DNA of 28,424 nucleotides from Gemmatimonadota bacterium (GTDB lineage Bacteria; Gemmatimonadota; Gemmatimonadetes; Longimicrobiales; Gaopeijiaceae): positions 1 to 28,424 of the forward strand of contig JBDHHQ010000057.1 of NCBI GenBank assembly GCA_039589315.1, written 5' to 3'. The position numbers and the translations under genes were made by a program. The stretch's first letter is position 1. Each line of letters opens with the position of its first letter. This document shows, in pieces, positions 1-7,813 of the stretch. The notes below the pieces were generated by a model that saw only the letters and a program-made list of their open reading frames with translations, did no database searches and was not told where the DNA came from.

Positions 1-1
1 A

Positions 2-77
2 CGGGGAGGGCACCGGTCAGGCTCCCGAACATTGAGCTGCCGGACGATCCGACAGCCCCGGCCCGGCACCCTCCCCG
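2..77 (-). other. Structured RNA element (nested stem-loops), identity unknown
   Basis: Outer 15-bp stem 2-16/63-77 and inner 11-bp stem 34-44/48-58. All four non-Watson-Crick positions are G-U wobbles when read on the - strand. Confidence 0.5.
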
Positions 78-379
78 AAAAGAACGTCCACCTTGGCCTG
101 CTGCTCCGCCGCGGGATGCCCGCGGAGCCGAGCAGCGTGCCGCGACCGCTCGTGAGAGGCGGTCTCGGTGGGAGTCCGGTGCAAGGGCCGTGCACACCCG
201 AAAACCCGAACGCCGACGCCGTCGTTGCGGCGTGGCGACAGCAGGCAAATGCAGCACGGCCGGCAGCTTCGGCGATCGCCCCCCCCGGTGGGGTGCTCCG
301 GCGTTGCGTGGGAGCCGCGGCAAACAGTGCCGGCGGTTGGGATCTTTGTACCCGTCTGGAGCCTCGGGGCCGCCCGTTC

Positions 380-408
380 CTGACCAGGACGGAGCGTGCC
401 GCTACCTT
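380..408 (+). promoter_or_regulatory. Putative sigma70-type promoter for the acyl-CoA synthetase
   Basis: CTGACC (380-385), 17-nt spacer, TACCTT (403-408), about 40 nt upstream of ATG 450. The same -10 hexamer occurs upstream of the methyltransferase. Confidence 0.4.
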
Positions 409-449
409 GGGGAGCCCGACCTCTCTCCCACCGGACACTACGGAGCCCC

Positions 450-2564
450 ATGATCACTGGCCGCTCTCTGGACGCCCTCTTCAAGCCCACGTCGATCGCC
501 GTCGTGGGAGCCAGCCGACGACCCGGCACGATCGGGTACCAGCTCGTGGACAACCTGTTGCTCCACGGCTTCACCGGCGTTTTGTACCCGGTCAATCCGA
601 ACGCCCGATCCGTGCACTCCATCCCGGCGGTCCCGTCGCTCCTGGACATCCCGGGCCCACTCGATCTGGCCATCATCGTTGTCCCGAAGGAGCTGGTGGG
701 GGACGTGGTCGAGCAGGCGGGTGAGAAGGGCGTCCGAGCTCTCGTCGTCATCTCCGCAGGATTCAAGGAGACGGGCCCCGCCGGTGCGCGAAGGGAGCGG
801 GCTCTGATGGACCGGGTGCGCCGCTACGGCATGCGCCTCGTAGGCCCCAACTGTATGGGTCTGTTGAACACGGCCGAGTCGTATTCCATGAACGCGACGT
901 TCGCGCCGACCATGCCGCCGCCCGGGTCCGTGAGCATGCTGAGCCAATCCGGAGCCATGGGCGTGACCATCCTCGACTACGCGGCCGAGCTGGGCATCGG
1001 GATCCACGAGTTCGTCTCGGTGGGCAACAAGGCCGACGTCAGCAACAACGACCTTCTCGAGTACTGGGAGAAGGACGACGCCACGCGCGTGATCCTCATG
1101 TACATCGAGAGTGTGGGGAACCCACGGAACTTCACCCGGATCGCGCGCCGCATCTCGCGGCAGAAACCCATCATCGTGGTCAAGTCCGGGCGCACCGCGG
1201 CCGGCGCGCGAGCGGCCGCCTCGCACACCGGAGCACTGGCTTCGGCCGATACCGCCACGGACGCCCTCTTCGCCCAGTGCGGGGTCCTGCGGGCCGGCAC
1301 GGTGTCGCAACTGTTCGATTGGGCGATGGCCTTCGAATCGCAGCCACCCCCCCTCGGCAACCGCGTCGCCATCGTCACGAACGCCGGTGGCCCCGGCATC
1401 ATCATCGCCGACGCGTGCGAGTCGGCGGGCCTGGACGTGGCCGCCCTGTCGGACGAGACGCAGGACCGCCTCCGGCAGGTCTTCCCCGAGGAGGCCTCCT
1501 TCCGGAACCCGGTGGACATGGTGGCCTCGGCGACGTCGGAGAGCTACCGCCTGGCCCTCGACCTGGTGCTGGAGGACGAAAACGTGGACGCCGCCATCGC
1601 CGCCTTCGTCCCGCCACTGGGTATCCGTCAGGTGGACGTGGCCGAGGCCATCGTATCGGCGGCGGCCGACCATCGGGACAAGCCCATCCTGGCCGTGCTC
1701 ATGGGGCGGGAAGGGCTGCCGGAAGGACTGGCCGAGCTCAACGAGGCGGGCATTCCGGCGTACACGTTCCCCGAGTCGGCAGCCGGCGCCCTGTCCGCGC
1801 TCTACCGCTACCGGCAGTGGCTCGAGCGGCCCAGGGAGGAGCCCCGGCGATTCGAGGTGGACCGTGAGAGGGCCGCCCGAATCCTGGAGTCGGCCAAGGG
1901 CCAGGGGCGCACGCAGCTCACCGAGCCCGAGGCGCTGGCGCTCTTGACCGCATATGGGATTCCCACCGTGGAGGTGTGCGTGACCCGATCCCGTCGAGAA
2001 GCGCTGGAGGCCGCAGAGCGCATGGGCTACCCCGTCGTGTTCAAGGTCATCAGCGAGGCCGTGATCCACAAAACCGACGTTGGCGGCGTCAAGGTGGACA
2101 TCCGTTCTCCGGAGGAGGCCGGCCGCGCGTACGACGAGATCGTCGCCAGCGTGGAAGAGGCCCACGGTCGGGGGAGCGTGGACGCGATCCTGGTTCAGCA
2201 ATTCGTGCGGGGCGGCCGGGAGACCATAGCCGGGATGTCGGTCGACCCCAACTTCGGCCCGGTCTTCCTTTTCGGTTTGGGCGGGATCTACGTCGAGGCG
2301 CTCGAGGACGTGGCCTTCGCCGTCTCACCCGTTTCGGGAGTGGATGCCAGGGAGATGATCGGCTCGATCCGGGGCATCAAGCTTCTCGAGGGAGTGCGGG
2401 GCGAAGCCGCCGCAGACACCGATGCGCTGGCCGAGGTCATCCAGCGCCTTTCCCAGCTCGCCGACGACCACGAAGCGCTCGCCGAGCTTGACATCAATCC
2501 CCTCCTCGCCTTCGAGTCGGGATGCCTCGCGGTGGACGCCCGGGTACGGTTGGCCGACCTATGA
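450..2564 (+). CDS. Acetate/acyl-CoA ligase (ADP-forming), fused alpha-beta type (CoA-binding + ligase + ATP-grasp)
   Basis: PTSIAVVGAS, YPVNP, RLVGPNCMG, SQSGA, GNKADV, phospho-His motif AASHTGALA, TNAGGPG, HKTDVGGV, ELDINPL. GGAG RBS (442-445) before ATG 450. No GNAT domain. Confidence 0.92.
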   Translation: MITGRSLDALFKPTSIAVVGASRRPGTIGYQLVDNLLLHGFTGVLYPVNPNARSVHSIPAVPSLLDIPGPLDLAIIVVPKELVGDVVEQAGEKGVRALVVISAGFKETGPAGARRERALMDRVRRYGMRLVGPNCMGLLNTAESYSMNATFAPTMPPPGSVSMLSQSGAMGVTILDYAAELGIGIHEFVSVGNKADVSNNDLLEYWEKDDATRVILMYIESVGNPRNFTRIARRISRQKPIIVVKSGRTAAGARAAASHTGALASADTATDALFAQCGVLRAGTVSQLFDWAMAFESQPPPLGNRVAIVTNAGGPGIIIADACESAGLDVAALSDETQDRLRQVFPEEASFRNPVDMVASATSESYRLALDLVLEDENVDAAIAAFVPPLGIRQVDVAEAIVSAAADHRDKPILAVLMGREGLPEGLAELNEAGIPAYTFPESAAGALSALYRYRQWLERPREEPRRFEVDRERAARILESAKGQGRTQLTEPEALALLTAYGIPTVEVCVTRSRREALEAAERMGYPVVFKVISEAVIHKTDVGGVKVDIRSPEEAGRAYDEIVASVEEAHGRGSVDAILVQQFVRGGRETIAGMSVDPNFGPVFLFGLGGIYVEALEDVAFAVSPVSGVDAREMIGSIRGIKLLEGVRGEAAADTDALAEVIQRLSQLADDHEALAELDINPLLAFESGCLAVDARVRLADL

Positions 2565-2708
2565 ATAGGAAGCCTCACCCGGCGTCCGCTGGCGTGGAGG
2601 GCACGACAGCGTGAAGATGTCAGCAATCGACCGCGGCGGGGGAACCGCGGCGTAGGCGTGGCCGGCCCCTCTCGGGCTCGCCAACCGTGACCGGAGACCG
2701 AACGGCTC

Positions 2709-3185
2709 ATGACCTGGAACTTCGACGACGAGCGTCACCCTGCTCGGGAGCTGCATCGCCTGCTACAGGTGCAGGCCCGTGCGCTCCAGCAGCTGGAGGG
2801 GATCCGCGCCGACCTCGAGTCACCGGGAACGGTGGAGCTGCTTCGCACGCTCCGCAGCCGGACCGGCAGCGTGCTCCCCGACCGGATCCGGGAGGTGGTC
2901 GCCACGATCGAAGAGGCCATCCGCATCCTCAAGGTCGCCGAGTCCCAGGCCCGGGTCGAGTACACGAGCAATCCCACCGACTTCTCGGTGGAAGGCCTCC
3001 CCAACCTTCCCATACCGTTGGCGCGATTCGTGGCAGAGCGTGCCGACGCACCGGGGTTCTCCTACGAGCTGGAGCAGGATCTCGTGCGGGGGTGGGTGAT
3101 TCGTTGGAAGGAGCACGCCGCGGACGGAACCGTCCGTGGCTCAGGCCAGTTCTACGAGCGGCCGTACGCCTGGCTGGACGAGTAG
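2709..3185 (+). CDS. Hypothetical protein (158 aa; helical N-terminus, alpha/beta C-terminus)
   Basis: Protein-like composition, GC3-biased codons, upstream GGAG. No motif recognised. Confidence 0.75.
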   Translation: MTWNFDDERHPARELHRLLQVQARALQQLEGIRADLESPGTVELLRTLRSRTGSVLPDRIREVVATIEEAIRILKVAESQARVEYTSNPTDFSVEGLPNLPIPLARFVAERADAPGFSYELEQDLVRGWVIRWKEHAADGTVRGSGQFYERPYAWLDE

Positions 3186-3221
3186 GACGACCGCTCGACC
3201 CGCCGCTCGATGGGACGGCCC

Positions 3222-3815
3222 CTACCCCGCCCTGACGTGTCGCCGCTGCCCTGACCCCTCGACGCCCTCGTCCTGGAGGATGGAGAGCCCCTCCAGCCCA
3301 TAGAACATCTCGATGTACTTGGCCTGCACGGGCGTGACCCGACGGACCGCCCAGACCAGATGCACGTGGTTGGGCTCGCCGGGGACCGTGAGCATGTGCA
3401 TGCCAGCCTCCCGCGGGACTCGGTTTCCCTTCCGGTTGTTACACGGCGAGCAGGCGGTGACGACGTTGTCCCAGGTGTTCCCGCCCCCTCTGGAAAGCGG
3501 CACGACGTGGTCGCGGGTCAGGAACTGACGCCCGCGAAGCTGCTCCCGATGACGCCCGCAGTACTGGCACGTGTAGTCATCCCTCGCGAAGAGGAACGTG
3601 TTCGTGACCTGACGGCGGAAGCGGCGGGGAACGCGGACGTACCGGACGAGGCGGATCACCACCGGACACGGCACGACACGGTGCGCCGACCGAAATGACC
3701 TCAACCGGTCGGCTTCGATGATCTCGGCCTTCTGGTCCATCACCAGGCGGATCGCTCGCCGAGCCGGCACGATGGTGAGCGGCTCGAAGGAGGCGTTGAG
3801 CGCCAGACAACTCAT
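3222..3815 (-). CDS. HNH endonuclease (McrA-like, 'LNASxEPL' N-terminal subfamily)
   Basis: LALNASFEPL, RDDYTCQYCG, TRDHVVPLSRGG, WDNVVTACSPCNNRKG give a CxxC...H-N-N...CxxC pattern. GAGG RBS upstream. Confidence 0.9.
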   Translation of the reverse strand: MSCLALNASFEPLTIVPARRAIRLVMDQKAEIIEADRLRSFRSAHRVVPCPVVIRLVRYVRVPRRFRRQVTNTFLFARDDYTCQYCGRHREQLRGRQFLTRDHVVPLSRGGGNTWDNVVTACSPCNNRKGNRVPREAGMHMLTVPGEPNHVHLVWAVRRVTPVQAKYIEMFYGLEGLSILQDEGVEGSGQRRHVRAG

Positions 3816-3901
3816 GCCCAGGAAACCTCACGTCGTCCAGGCCGCTCGCCGACTGCCTCGGAAGGTCGGCCAGCGCCGATGAAACCCCAAAATCCTTCCC
3901 G

Positions 3902-3931
3902 AAGCTAACCCGGGGGTAGCCTCCGCGGCAA
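3902..3931 (-). promoter_or_regulatory. Putative sigma70-type promoter for the HNH gene
   Basis: TTGCCG (3931-3926), 18-nt spacer, TAGCTT (3907-3902), about 85 nt upstream of the ATG. Confidence 0.45.
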
Positions 3932-3937
3932 CGCGCA

Positions 3938-4035
3938 AACGCCGCCCGCCGCGAACGTCTGCCCGATGACGGACCCGCCGACCGATGCCGTTGCCGATAG
4001 GCTGGGAAGACGGCTATGAAGCAACGGGCGGCGTT
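3938..4035 (-). terminator. Long stem-loop just downstream of the priA stop (terminator or 3' stabiliser candidate)
   Basis: AACGCCGCCCGUUGC pairs with GCGGCGGGCGGCGUU (15 bp, 2 G-U on the - strand). Only a short U run follows. Confidence 0.4.
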
Positions 4036-4043
4036 CCATCCTG

Positions 4044-6515
4044 TCACAAGAGCGCCACCGGGTCTCGGTCCAACACCACCCGCACGTCTCCGCCGGTGGG
4101 CTTGAACCCGGCGTAGAACGCCCGGGTCACGTGGTCCAGCGTCCTGGACGAGGGGCTGCGAACGAAGAAGTGCCACCGCCACCGGCCGTGGAGTCGTTCG
4201 ATGGGCGAGGGAGCAGGCCCCACCAGCTCGACCGTATCCGACAGGGCGTGGCGTCCGAGCCAGCCGCGAGTCCATCGCACCGCGTCCTCGGCCGCGGCTG
4301 CGGCCAACTCCTCGTCGGGGCTCGAGCTCACGACGTTGACCATTCTGACATGTGGCGGATAGGGTGGATCGATCCGCTCCGAAAGCTCACGGTGCGCAAA
4401 GCCTACATAGTCGTGGACGACCGCGGCACGGATGGCATAGTGCTCCGGGATCCGCGTTTGAATCAGGACCTCCCCGCCCAGGGGGCCGCGGCCGGCTCGG
4501 CCAGCCACCTGACTGAGGAGCTGGAACGTCCGCTCGCTCGCCCTGAAGTCGGGCAGGTGCATCCCGACGTCGGCGTTCACGACGCCGACCAAAGTGACGT
4601 TGGGGAAGTCGAGGCCCTTGGCGATCATCTGAGTGCCCATCAGGATGTCCACCTCTCTGCGCTCCACGCGGCCCAGGATCTCCTGATGCGACCACTTCCC
4701 CGAGGTGGTGTCCACGTCCATGCGGGCCAGCCGTGCCCGCGGAAAGGTCTCCGCGACGACCCGTTCCACCTGCTCCGTGCCGAGCCCCCGATACCAGAGG
4801 TCCCGGTCGCCGCAGCGCGGGCAGCGCTGGGGAGCCGGCTCCTCGTGCCGGCAATGGTGGCACAGGAGCCGGGTGGTCGTCCTGTGGTAGGTCAGGGAGA
4901 CCGAGCACCGGGGGCATTCGCTGACGGCGCCACACTCCCGACACTGGACGAAGTTGGCGTAGCCTCGGCGGTTGAGGAGGAGGATCACCTGTTCCTCCTT
5001 GGCCAAGCGGCGCGTGATCGCGGACACCAGTGGCGAAGACAGGATGATCCCTCCGCTCGCTTCCTGGTGCGGCGCCCCGGGGCCTTCGACACGGAGCCGA
5101 CGCCGCACCTCCCGAAGATCCACGACCTCGACGGCAGGCAAAGAGGCGCCGGTCGCTCGTTCAGGCAACGTGAGCAGCGCGTACTTACCCTTCTCGCCGT
5201 TCGCCCAGCTCTCGAGGGACGGGGTGGCGCTCCCCAGCACGCACACCGCACCCGTTTCCGCCGCACGCATGATGGCCACGTCTCGCCCCTGGTACCGCGG
5301 TGCCTCGGATTGCTTGTAGCTGCCGTCGTGCTCCTCGTCCACGACGATGGCGCCCAGGTTCCGGACAGGAGCGAAGACCGCGGAGCGGGCCCCCACCGCG
5401 ATGCGCTTTTCGCCGGCCCGGAGTTGCCGCCAGGCGTCGTAGCGCTCGCCGTCCGACAGTGCCGAGTGCAATACCGCTACCTGATCGCCGAAGTGGGCGC
5501 GGAAGCGGGACACGGTCTGGGGCGTGAGGGCGATCTCCGGCACCAGGACCACGGCGCCCTGTCCCCGCTCCAGCGCCGTCTTCAGCAGCTCGATGTACAC
5601 CAACGTCTTCCCGGACCCGGTGACGCCACGGAGGAGGAATGGCCGAGGACAGTCCTGATCGAGCGCCCCGCGCAACGAAGCCAGGGCCGCCTCCTGGTGA
5701 TCGGTGGGCACCAGCGCCGGAGGCGGGTCCGCCCGGGCTGCCAGGAAGGGGTCCCGGATCACTTCCTCCTGCCGCAGCACCACCACGCCCCGATCCTCCA
5801 GACCCCGCACGACCGAACGTGAGAAGCCGCTCTCCAGCAGATGGGAGAGCTCGACGGCACCGCCCGAAGCCTCCAGCGTCTCGTACGCCTCTCTCTGCCT
5901 CCGCGCCCGGCCCAGCACTCGCTCCCGCTCAGCGAGATCCGTGAGCCACCGGTCGAGCACGACGACCTTCCGTGTCTTGGCCGACGGGCCCTTCGGGGCC
6001 ACTGTCACGTGGCTCAAGACGCCGGCCGCGCCGAGACGGCGGATCTCGGGCCAGAGGCTACCCATGCCCAGCGTCTTGCGCAGGGACTGGACCCGCTGGG
6101 GGTGGGGTCGTCCCCCCATGGCCTCCACGAGGCGGGCCTCCCGGGGACGGAGTGAGGCGGGAGGCTCACCCACCAGCGCCACATAGTCCTGAGACGCGTC
6201 GGCCAGGGCCACGGGCACGGACGTCCGGAGCACGAGGCCCAGCGGCGTGGTGTAGTAGGACGCCATCCACCGGGCCAACTTCAGTAGGTCGGACGGCACA
6301 GACGGCTCGGGCTCCAGGACCGCGAGGATCCTCCGGATTCCCCGGATCCCTCCAGCGGAGCCCAGCCCCGTCACCCACCCAACCCGCTCGCTCCGGCGGA
6401 AGGGCACGAGCACCCGCGTGCCCAGCGGCGGAGCGGTACCCTCGACCGCGTACGTGAACGTCTGATCGATGGGAAGCGGCAGGGCGACTTCGATCAGCGG
6501 GCCGGCGGATGCCAC
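4044..6515 (-). CDS. priA: Primosomal protein N' (replication restart helicase)
   Basis: N-terminal VALPLP..FTY, Walker A GVTGSGKT, VPEIALTPQ, DEEHD, GSATPS, four CxxC pairs, GTQMIAKGLDFP, QVAGRAGR, C-terminal DRDPVALL. Confidence 0.97.
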   Translation of the reverse strand: MASAGPLIEVALPLPIDQTFTYAVEGTAPPLGTRVLVPFRRSERVGWVTGLGSAGGIRGIRRILAVLEPEPSVPSDLLKLARWMASYYTTPLGLVLRTSVPVALADASQDYVALVGEPPASLRPREARLVEAMGGRPHPQRVQSLRKTLGMGSLWPEIRRLGAAGVLSHVTVAPKGPSAKTRKVVVLDRWLTDLAERERVLGRARRQREAYETLEASGGAVELSHLLESGFSRSVVRGLEDRGVVVLRQEEVIRDPFLAARADPPPALVPTDHQEAALASLRGALDQDCPRPFLLRGVTGSGKTLVYIELLKTALERGQGAVVLVPEIALTPQTVSRFRAHFGDQVAVLHSALSDGERYDAWRQLRAGEKRIAVGARSAVFAPVRNLGAIVVDEEHDGSYKQSEAPRYQGRDVAIMRAAETGAVCVLGSATPSLESWANGEKGKYALLTLPERATGASLPAVEVVDLREVRRRLRVEGPGAPHQEASGGIILSSPLVSAITRRLAKEEQVILLLNRRGYANFVQCRECGAVSECPRCSVSLTYHRTTTRLLCHHCRHEEPAPQRCPRCGDRDLWYRGLGTEQVERVVAETFPRARLARMDVDTTSGKWSHQEILGRVERREVDILMGTQMIAKGLDFPNVTLVGVVNADVGMHLPDFRASERTFQLLSQVAGRAGRGPLGGEVLIQTRIPEHYAIRAAVVHDYVGFAHRELSERIDPPYPPHVRMVNVVSSSPDEELAAAAAEDAVRWTRGWLGRHALSDTVELVGPAPSPIERLHGRWRWHFFVRSPSSRTLDHVTRAFYAGFKPTGGDVRVVLDRDPVALL

Positions 6516-6561
6516 TTCGCTTCAGCGCTGGCGGAGGCCCGGCGCCCGGTCCTCCACCCGT

Positions 6562-7773
6562 TCAGTCGTCCAGCAGCAGGAAGACGTTCTCCTGCGGCTC
6601 CGACACCGTGACCTCGGGTCCGTCGGCGCCCCAGTGCACGTTGACCTCCGAGCGGACGCCCAGGTGGTCCGGCAGGTAGATGCCCGGCTCCACCGAGAAG
6701 CCCACGCCGGGCACCAGGAGACGGTCGTCCCGGGTCTCCAGGTTGTCCAGGTTGGGCCCGCTCCCGTGGAGATCCCGGTCGATGGAGTGGCCGGTGCGGT
6801 GGATGAAGTACTCTCCATACCCGTGGGCGGCGATGTGCCCCCGGCTCACGTCGTCCACCTCGAATCCCCGCACGTCCGCGCCCTCGGCGAAACGCTCCTC
6901 CAGGAACCGCACCGCGGCCTTGCGGGCATCTCGGACCACTGTCCAGATGGTCGCGACCTCCTCCGGCAAGGTGCCGCCGAGGTAGCCCATCCACGTCTGA
7001 TCTGCCGGAATGTCGGCGTCGCTCGCCTTGCCCCAGAGATCGATCAGCAGGACGTCCCCACGTCTGATCGTCTCCCCTACTCGACCAGGATTGTAGTGGG
7101 GGTCGGCGGCCCTCGGGCCTATGGCGACGATGCAGTCGTTCTCCACGCCCAGCCCCCGGTCGGTCAGACGGTCACGGATCCAGTGAGACAAGGCCCCCTC
7201 TGTGGTTGGAGACCCACCCCGAATGGCGGTAGCAGCTTCCCGGAAGGCCTCCGCGGCCACCTCCTTGACGACCTCGGACGCCTTCCGGTGACCCAGGAGC
7301 CCCTCGTGCGGCCATACGGAGTGGAACGCGCTCACCAGGTCGCCGGAGCTCACGGGCTCGACGCCCGCCTCCCGCGCTAGGTCCGTGATGCCGGAAGGCA
7401 CGAGGTCCAGCGTCGGGACCGACGACCGGGCAGAGACCTCCATCGCGAGTCTCGGCCGTCCCTGGACCAGATCCGCCAGCTTGGCCTCCATCTCTCGCCA
7501 GCCTGCGTAGGAGACCGTGTCCCACGGCCAGTGTCTCCACGATGAATGCTCAATCGCGTGGATGAGCGCCCGGGGGGGGCCTTCGGCCGGGATCAGGACG
7601 AAGGCCCTGCGCGTCGTCCACTCGAGGCCCAGGAGATTCCAGGCGACGTCGTTCTTGCCATGGAACTCGTACAGGAGCCAGCCATCCAGCGAGCGCTCGC
7701 GGAGCGCCTCCTGGACTCGAGCCACCCCGTCCTCGGTCACCAGCAGGGCGTCACTGCGTCCCTCGTGTCCCAA
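6562..7773 (-). CDS. M24 family metallopeptidase (Xaa-Pro aminopeptidase-like)
   Basis: ADPHY, LLIDLW, ADQTW, HRTGHSI, FSVEPGIY, GVRSE metal-binding motifs. Start chosen at TTG 7773 after AAGGAAGCGGAGC; GTG 7740 is an alternative. Confidence 0.88.
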   Translation of the reverse strand: MGHEGRSDALLVTEDGVARVQEALRERSLDGWLLYEFHGKNDVAWNLLGLEWTTRRAFVLIPAEGPPRALIHAIEHSSWRHWPWDTVSYAGWREMEAKLADLVQGRPRLAMEVSARSSVPTLDLVPSGITDLAREAGVEPVSSGDLVSAFHSVWPHEGLLGHRKASEVVKEVAAEAFREAATAIRGGSPTTEGALSHWIRDRLTDRGLGVENDCIVAIGPRAADPHYNPGRVGETIRRGDVLLIDLWGKASDADIPADQTWMGYLGGTLPEEVATIWTVVRDARKAAVRFLEERFAEGADVRGFEVDDVSRGHIAAHGYGEYFIHRTGHSIDRDLHGSGPNLDNLETRDDRLLVPGVGFSVEPGIYLPDHLGVRSEVNVHWGADGPEVTVSEPQENVFLLLDD

Positions 7774-7813
7774 GCTCCGCTTCCTTGCCTGTAGGTGCGG
7801 TTCCGGCGTCCGC

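Noticed and set aside
1..449. SRP RNA, 6S RNA, tRNA-Sec, cobalamin or c-di-GMP riboswitch
   Set aside because: Only short fragments resemble them (GGTCAGG, GGGAGTCCGGTGCAA). The required downstream conserved motifs are absent.
450..2564. Protein lysine acetyltransferase (Pat/YfiQ) paired with the HDAC-family deacetylase
   Set aside because: No GNAT domain, the catalytic His (SHTG) is intact, and the genes are about 7 kb apart on opposite strands.
3222..4043. HNH gene as an IscB/HEARO-type RNA-guided nuclease or mobile element
   Set aside because: Only 197 aa, with no PLMP or RuvC motifs and no transposon ends or repeat array. It fits the common stand-alone McrA-like HNH family.
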